DNA of 64,000 nucleotides, taken from contig CAVWPA010000001.1 of NCBI GenBank assembly GCA_963756875.1, forward strand, positions 640,001 through 704,000, in the 5' to 3' direction. This document shows positions 59,626 through 64,000 of this stretch, one piece after another. Numbering within the stretch: the first letter of the stretch is position 1; every line of letters starts with the position of its first letter. The translations under genes were made by a program, and so were the position numbers. The notes under the pieces were generated by a model. The model did no database searches, had not been told where the DNA came from, and was given only the letters and a program-made list of their open reading frames with translations. The DNA is from an uncultured Verrucomicrobiae bacterium. Lineage in GTDB: Bacteria > Verrucomicrobiota > Verrucomicrobiia > Chthoniobacterales > UBA10450.

Positions 59626-59953
59626 CCTGATCGCCGGCCTGCCTGGGGAAACGCTGGTGCGAAAGGGTTTGTCTGATTTTCGGTCGGGCCGCTGCACCAT
59701 TGCGGCTTGTCTGGTGGCCATCGCGCGCAGTCGACTGGCCGGCGCGGGAGTGATCCGCGATTCAGAAGCGCCCACGTTCGTTGAACCTGAGCTTCAACTT
59801 TATCGGCTGCTTCAACGGGAAGGGGGCGATCCCTATTCGCGATACAACGCTTTGCTGCGCGAACTGGTTAGCTTCGAACAAGCTTTGGACTGGCGCCGCA
59901 GCAGACAACATCTGAGCGAAAAGACTCGCCCCGGCAAGGTTTCCGACGTCTGA
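59612..59953 (+). CDS. Hypothetical protein, partner of the truncated nucleotidyltransferase
   Basis: LPGETLVRKGLSD...ACLVAIARSRL...PELQLYRLL...YSRYNALLRELVSFEQAL; overlaps upstream stop. Confidence 0.65.
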   Translation: MKTADLIAGLPGETLVRKGLSDFRSGRCTIAACLVAIARSRLAGAGVIRDSEAPTFVEPELQLYRLLQREGGDPYSRYNALLRELVSFEQALDWRRSRQHLSEKTRPGKVSDV

Positions 59954-60089
59954 TCTCGCGTTTTCCGCTCAGGCTTCGACGTTTTCTTCGCCCCGGCTCT
60001 TACCGCTTACCGCTTCGCGCTTGGCATTGCTAATCCCGAAGGCTTTCGGGGCCGTCCGCTGGCAGGCCATTAACCTATAACCGGTAACT

Positions 60090-60938
60090 GCGCGTCTGCG
60101 TGGACCCGTGGAGCAGGTCCGCCGCCAACAGAATCATTCGCAGGTGATGAACAAGATGAACCTGTTCAATGTTAACCTGAGCTATCAAGCCACGCCACGC
60201 TGGAGCTTCTCTGCGGACGTCCCTGTATTGTTCGCAACCCGACGTGGCCAGAGTTCCCCGTATACCACTGCTGCCCAAGGTGTCGGAGATATTATTCTCA
60301 CCGCGCAATCCTGGCTCTGGAGACCTCCGACAGAATCCGCGGGCAATGTGGCTGTAGGATTTGGCGTGATGCTGCCAACCGGCAGGTCCAATGTCAAGAA
60401 CACCGTCGACAACGGGACCGACATAGTCACCATACCCGTCGACTATTCGATCCAGCCCGGTCAGGGAGGTTGGGGAATCGTGGGACAGGTTCAGGCTTTC
60501 AAGGCGGTCAGCAAGGCGGTATTCTACTTCGACGCCAGTTATATTGCGACTCCGCAGAGCGTTAACGGCACTTTCAGAGGCGGAACTAACCCCCTGACCC
60601 AATACAATTCCATCTCCGATCAGTACCTGGCTGAAGCCGGCATTGCTTACCCGATCAGCCGCATTCCGGGACTGTCTCTAACCTTTGGGCCGCGCGACGA
60701 AGGCGTCCCGGTGCGGGACCTCTTCGGCAAAAGCCTCGGGTTCCGCAGGCCGGGTTTTGCGATTTCGGTCGAGCCGGGATTCGAGTATGCTCGGGGAAAG
60801 AGCATCTATACTTTTGGGATCGGCAAGGCCGTGTATCGTACCCGCGAGCGCAGCGTTCCGGATTTCGTGAGCGGCGGCCATGGAGATGCTGCCTTCGCGG
60901 ACTGGGTATGGCTCGCGAACTACACTTATCGGTTTTAG
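60090..60938 (+). CDS. Outer-membrane beta-barrel 'transporter'-like protein, 5'-truncated
   Basis: Amphipathic beta strands, [20 protein letters not shown]-terminal YTYRF; no signal peptide or start context. Confidence 0.6.
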   Translation, partial: ARLRGPVEQVRRQQNHSQVMNKMNLFNVNLSYQATPRWSFSADVPVLFATRRGQSSPYTTAAQGVGDIILTAQSWLWRPPTESAGNVAVGFGVMLPTGRSNVKNTVDNGTDIVTIPVDYSIQPGQGGWGIVGQVQAFKAVSKAVFYFDASYIATPQSVNGTFRGGTNPLTQYNSISDQYLAEAGIAYPISRIPGLSLTFGPRDEGVPVRDLFGKSLGFRRPGFAISVEPGFEYARGKSIYTFGIGKAVYRTRERSVPDFVSGGHGDAAFADWVWLANYTYRF

Positions 60939-63271
60939 TGACGACTTGCGATCGACCAACTTCGAGCCCAGGAGAGGCCAAACGTCCCGGCCTTCGAGCG
61001 GCGCGGCGTCCCTACTCTCCTGTAAGAAGAAGGTTGTTACCGCTGGTGGGCGTTTCACTCACCACGTTCTTCCTTCTTCCGATCGGAACGCGAAGCAATC
61101 TTCGAGGGGCGCCCGGCAATATGCGGGCGCCCTCTCTCTTGGCCCGCGGCGAAGACACTGGGAACCATCTTGTCTCCCAGAAGAGCCCTTATCTTCTCGA
61201 TCACGCGCACGACCTCGTGAATTGGTATCCGTGGGGACCTGCCGCGTTCGAGAGAGCACGCAAGGAGAACAAGCTTATCTTCCTCTCCATTGGCTACTCC
61301 TCATGCCACTGGTGCCACGTGATGCAACGAGAGAACTTTGAGGATCCCGGCGTTGCGAAGCTCATGAATCAGGCGTTCGTCGCCATTCTCGTCGACCGGG
61401 AGGAGCGCCCCGATATCGACCGCGAATACCTGGCCGTCTCGGAGATGCTCACCGGGTCAGCGGGGTGGCCACTAAACATCATCATGACTCCGGACAGGAA
61501 GCCGTTCTTTGCGGCAACCTACATCCCCAAACAAAGCCGCCCCGGCATGCCCGGGATGCTGGAATTGATTCCAAGGGTCGAGCGAACGTGGCAGAGAAAT
61601 CCGGCCGAGTTATCAGCCGGTGGCGACAAGGTGAGGGGCTTGCTTGAGCAATCACTGAATCGGAAAGCGCCGGGGCAGGACATCGGACAGTCCGTGTTAG
61701 ACACGGCCTACAGGCAGCTCTCTTCGAGCTTCGATCCGCTCTATGGAGGCTTTGGCGGAGCCCCAAAGTTTCCCCCGGCGATGGACGTGCTTTTCCTTCT
61801 TCGCTACTGGAGGCGTACCCGCGACAGCAAAGCGCTGGTCATGGTGGAAAAGACTCTGGATGCCATGCGCCTGGGCGGGGTCTATGACCAGGTTGGGTTC
61901 GGTTTCCATCGCTACGCCACGGATCGGGAGTGGCGGGTGCCGCATTTCGAGAAGATGCTCTACGATCAGGCCCTGATCGCGATGGCCTACACCGAAGCCT
62001 ACCAGGCCACTCACCAGGAGCGCTATGCGCGGACGGCGCGGGAGATTTTTGCCTACGTGGCGCGAGATCTTACGTCGCCCGAAGGCGCATTTTACGACGC
62101 CCAGGATTCCGATTCCGAAGGCCAGGAGGGCAAGTTTTACCTGTGGACAGAAAGGCAGATTCGTGAGGTCCTGGAAAAGCGTGAGGCGGACCTGATCGTG
62201 AAGGTGTTCGGCGTGAACGACGCCGGCGATTTCTCTCCAGGCGGGCGTGCAGGTGGACCTTCAGGTGAAAAAGATCAGAATGTGCTTCGCCTGCGTGCTC
62301 CGTTAAGCCAGATCGCTTCGGAACTGAGCATCTCCCAAGACGATCTTGAACGGCGCCTCGAATCAGCACGTGAAAAGTTGTTCAGAGCGCGCGCGAGGCG
62401 CGTGCATCCGAAGACGGATGACAAGATACTGACCGCCTGGAACGGCTTGATGATTGCCGCGCTGGCCAAGGGTGCCCAGGCGCTAGGTGAGAAGCAGTAT
62501 GCCGACGCAGCTCGGCGCGCCGCCGATTTCGTCCTGAGCAAGATGCGAACCTCCGATCGTTCGGCAACGGGCCGGCTGCTCCACCGCCATGCCGGCGGAG
62601 AGGCGTCGCTTGCTGCAAATCTGGACGACTACACTTACCTGACGTGGGGATTGCTTGAACTCTACGAAGCCACTTTCCAGATAGCGTATCTTCGAGCAGC
62701 GATCGACTTGAATCGGCAGGCCATGGAGCAGTTCTGGGACGCAAACGATGGCGGTCTTTTTCTGACCGCCTCCGCCAATCGCGATGATCTGGTAAGGCAG
62801 AAGAGTTTTGATGACAGTGATCTGCCCTCGGGAAATTCCGTCGCTGCGCTCAACCTGATCCGGTTGGCGACCCTGACCGGCAATACGGCGCTCGAAAAGA
62901 AGGCCACGGAAATCAGGCGCGCCCTCGCGAGCATCATTCAAAAATCCCCTTCGGAATACCCGGTAATGCTTATTGCGGCGGATTTCGCCTTAGGGCCGTC
63001 CTATGAAGTTGTGATCGCGGGCAGACCGCGGGCCGCGGATACTGAGGCCATGTTGCGGGCGGTGACGGCTCCGTTCGCGCCTAACAAGGTTGTCCTGCTG
63101 CGGACCACGGAAGAGGCCTCGCCCGAAATCGTTCATTTCGCGGATTACACGCGCTACCAGTCGGCAATTCAGGGGAAGGCGACCGCGTACGTCTGTGTCA
63201 AGTACAACTGCAAGCTTCCCACGACAGACGCCGGGAAGATGCTGGAGCTGCTCGGCGTCAAGTCGGAGTGA
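60938..63271 (+). CDS. Thioredoxin-domain protein of the YyaL/SSP411 family (start uncertain, alternatively 61121)
   Basis: [77 protein letters not shown]. Confidence 0.92.
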   Translation: MTTCDRPTSSPGEAKRPGLRAARRPYSPVRRRLLPLVGVSLTTFFLLPIGTRSNLRGAPGNMRAPSLLARGEDTGNHLVSQKSPYLLDHAHDLVNWYPWGPAAFERARKENKLIFLSIGYSSCHWCHVMQRENFEDPGVAKLMNQAFVAILVDREERPDIDREYLAVSEMLTGSAGWPLNIIMTPDRKPFFAATYIPKQSRPGMPGMLELIPRVERTWQRNPAELSAGGDKVRGLLEQSLNRKAPGQDIGQSVLDTAYRQLSSSFDPLYGGFGGAPKFPPAMDVLFLLRYWRRTRDSKALVMVEKTLDAMRLGGVYDQVGFGFHRYATDREWRVPHFEKMLYDQALIAMAYTEAYQATHQERYARTAREIFAYVARDLTSPEGAFYDAQDSDSEGQEGKFYLWTERQIREVLEKREADLIVKVFGVNDAGDFSPGGRAGGPSGEKDQNVLRLRAPLSQIASELSISQDDLERRLESAREKLFRARARRVHPKTDDKILTAWNGLMIAALAKGAQALGEKQYADAARRAADFVLSKMRTSDRSATGRLLHRHAGGEASLAANLDDYTYLTWGLLELYEATFQIAYLRAAIDLNRQAMEQFWDANDGGLFLTASANRDDLVRQKSFDDSDLPSGNSVAALNLIRLATLTGNTALEKKATEIRRALASIIQKSPSEYPVMLIAADFALGPSYEVVIAGRPRAADTEAMLRAVTAPFAPNKVVLLRTTEEASPEIVHFADYTRYQSAIQGKATAYVCVKYNCKLPTTDAGKMLELLGVKSE

Positions 63272-63397
63272 GGATTGGAGGCGAGGTCGGTCCATCGGCT
63301 TGGGTAATAGCCGCTGAAAGAACCGGAGCTTGTCATTCGCAGCGTAGCAAAAATCAAAATCCTGATGAGCATAACAAATCACAGTGACGCTCAATTC

Positions 63398-63451
63398 TGT
63401 AGCGGCGCTGTCCCCAGCGCCGAAATCGCCGGTGCGGACACCGGCGCTACA
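63398..63451. repeat. GTAG-type REP-like palindrome
   Basis: TGTAGCGGCG...CGGCGCTACA inverted ends. Confidence 0.55.
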
Positions 63452-63485
63452 GGAAAAGCGGTTAGAGCACTGACGTTGCACGGCA

Positions 63486-64000
63486 ATGAAATTCTCAATC
63501 TTCAAAATTAGTGCCGTTGCGGCGTATCTCGCTCTCACAACGCTCGGGAGCGCGAGAGCAGCAGACCCGGCGCCGGAACTGGGTCTGTGGGACCTTAACG
63601 GCCAGATGCAGAAGCTGACCCAGTACCGGGGCAAGATCGTCATCCTCAACTTTTGGGCCACGTGGTGCGTTCCCTGCCAGGAAGAGTTGCCCCTGCTCGC
63701 TGAGGAACGGAAACGCTACGGCGATCGCATCGTGGTGATCGCCGCGTCCGTTGATGATGCGACCACCGTCAAGAAGGTCCGGCCTTTCGCGAAAAAGGAG
63801 AAGCTCAATTTTCCGGTGTGGATTGGCGCGACTGTCGATCACATGGAGCAGTTCAAACTCGGCGACGCGGTCCCGGCGACTGCATTTCTCGACAGCGACG
63901 GCAACGTCGTCGGGCGCGTGATGGGCCTGCTTCGCAAAGACGACCTCGAGCACCGCATCGAGTGGCTTCTTGGCGACCGCCACGGGACCGCACCTCCGCC
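63486..64000 (+). CDS. TlpA-family disulfide reductase, 3'-partial (not in the ORF track)
   Basis: MKFSIFKISAVAAYLALTTLGSARA signal; GKIVILNFWATWCVPCQEELP; VPATAFLDSDG. Confidence 0.9.
   Translation, partial: MKFSIFKISAVAAYLALTTLGSARAADPAPELGLWDLNGQMQKLTQYRGKIVILNFWATWCVPCQEELPLLAEERKRYGDRIVVIAASVDDATTVKKVRPFAKKEKLNFPVWIGATVDHMEQFKLGDAVPATAFLDSDGNVVGRVMGLLRKDDLEHRIEWLLGDRHGTAPP

Overview
GC-rich bacterial DNA, most consistent (inference from VPEPSTW-type PEP-CTERM tails, a DUF5069-like gene and the repeat families) with a soil Verrucomicrobiota/Chthoniobacterales genome. Many genes carry single-base frameshifts that look like long-read errors. Housekeeping genes (murJ, a cystathionine gamma-synthase family gene, a Glu dehydrogenase, fahA, glnD, pgi, icd, tRNA-Ile2) alternate with accessory blocks. 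The most striking feature is an ~8 kb minus-strand island (8.4-16.3 kb). It encodes a PpiC-like maturation protein, a C39-peptidase ABC transporter with two cNMP-binding domains, a HlyD adaptor and a sensor-less sigma-54 activator. These are followed by two (probably three) small double-glycine-leader peptides, two of which have (LGGGSSS/LGGGASS)n heptad cores. Both peptide transcription units have a sigma-54-type promoter (tandem enhancer dyads, IHF-like site, -24/-12 box) with exactly conserved spacing, and the unit arose by tandem duplication that left a scar of the neighbouring FAH gene. Other items: three tandem PEP-CTERM modules that may form a polyprotein, an exosortase/TPR/glycosyltransferase locus, TA modules between long direct repeats, pervasive 7-nt tandem repeats and REP-like palindromes (with a RAYT transposase) that also invade coding sequences, a repeat-flanked GIY-YIG gene beside the tRNA, and a ~2000-aa secreted protein with a C-terminal alpha/beta-hydrolase plus a candidate immunity gene. 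No CRISPR array or rRNA was seen.
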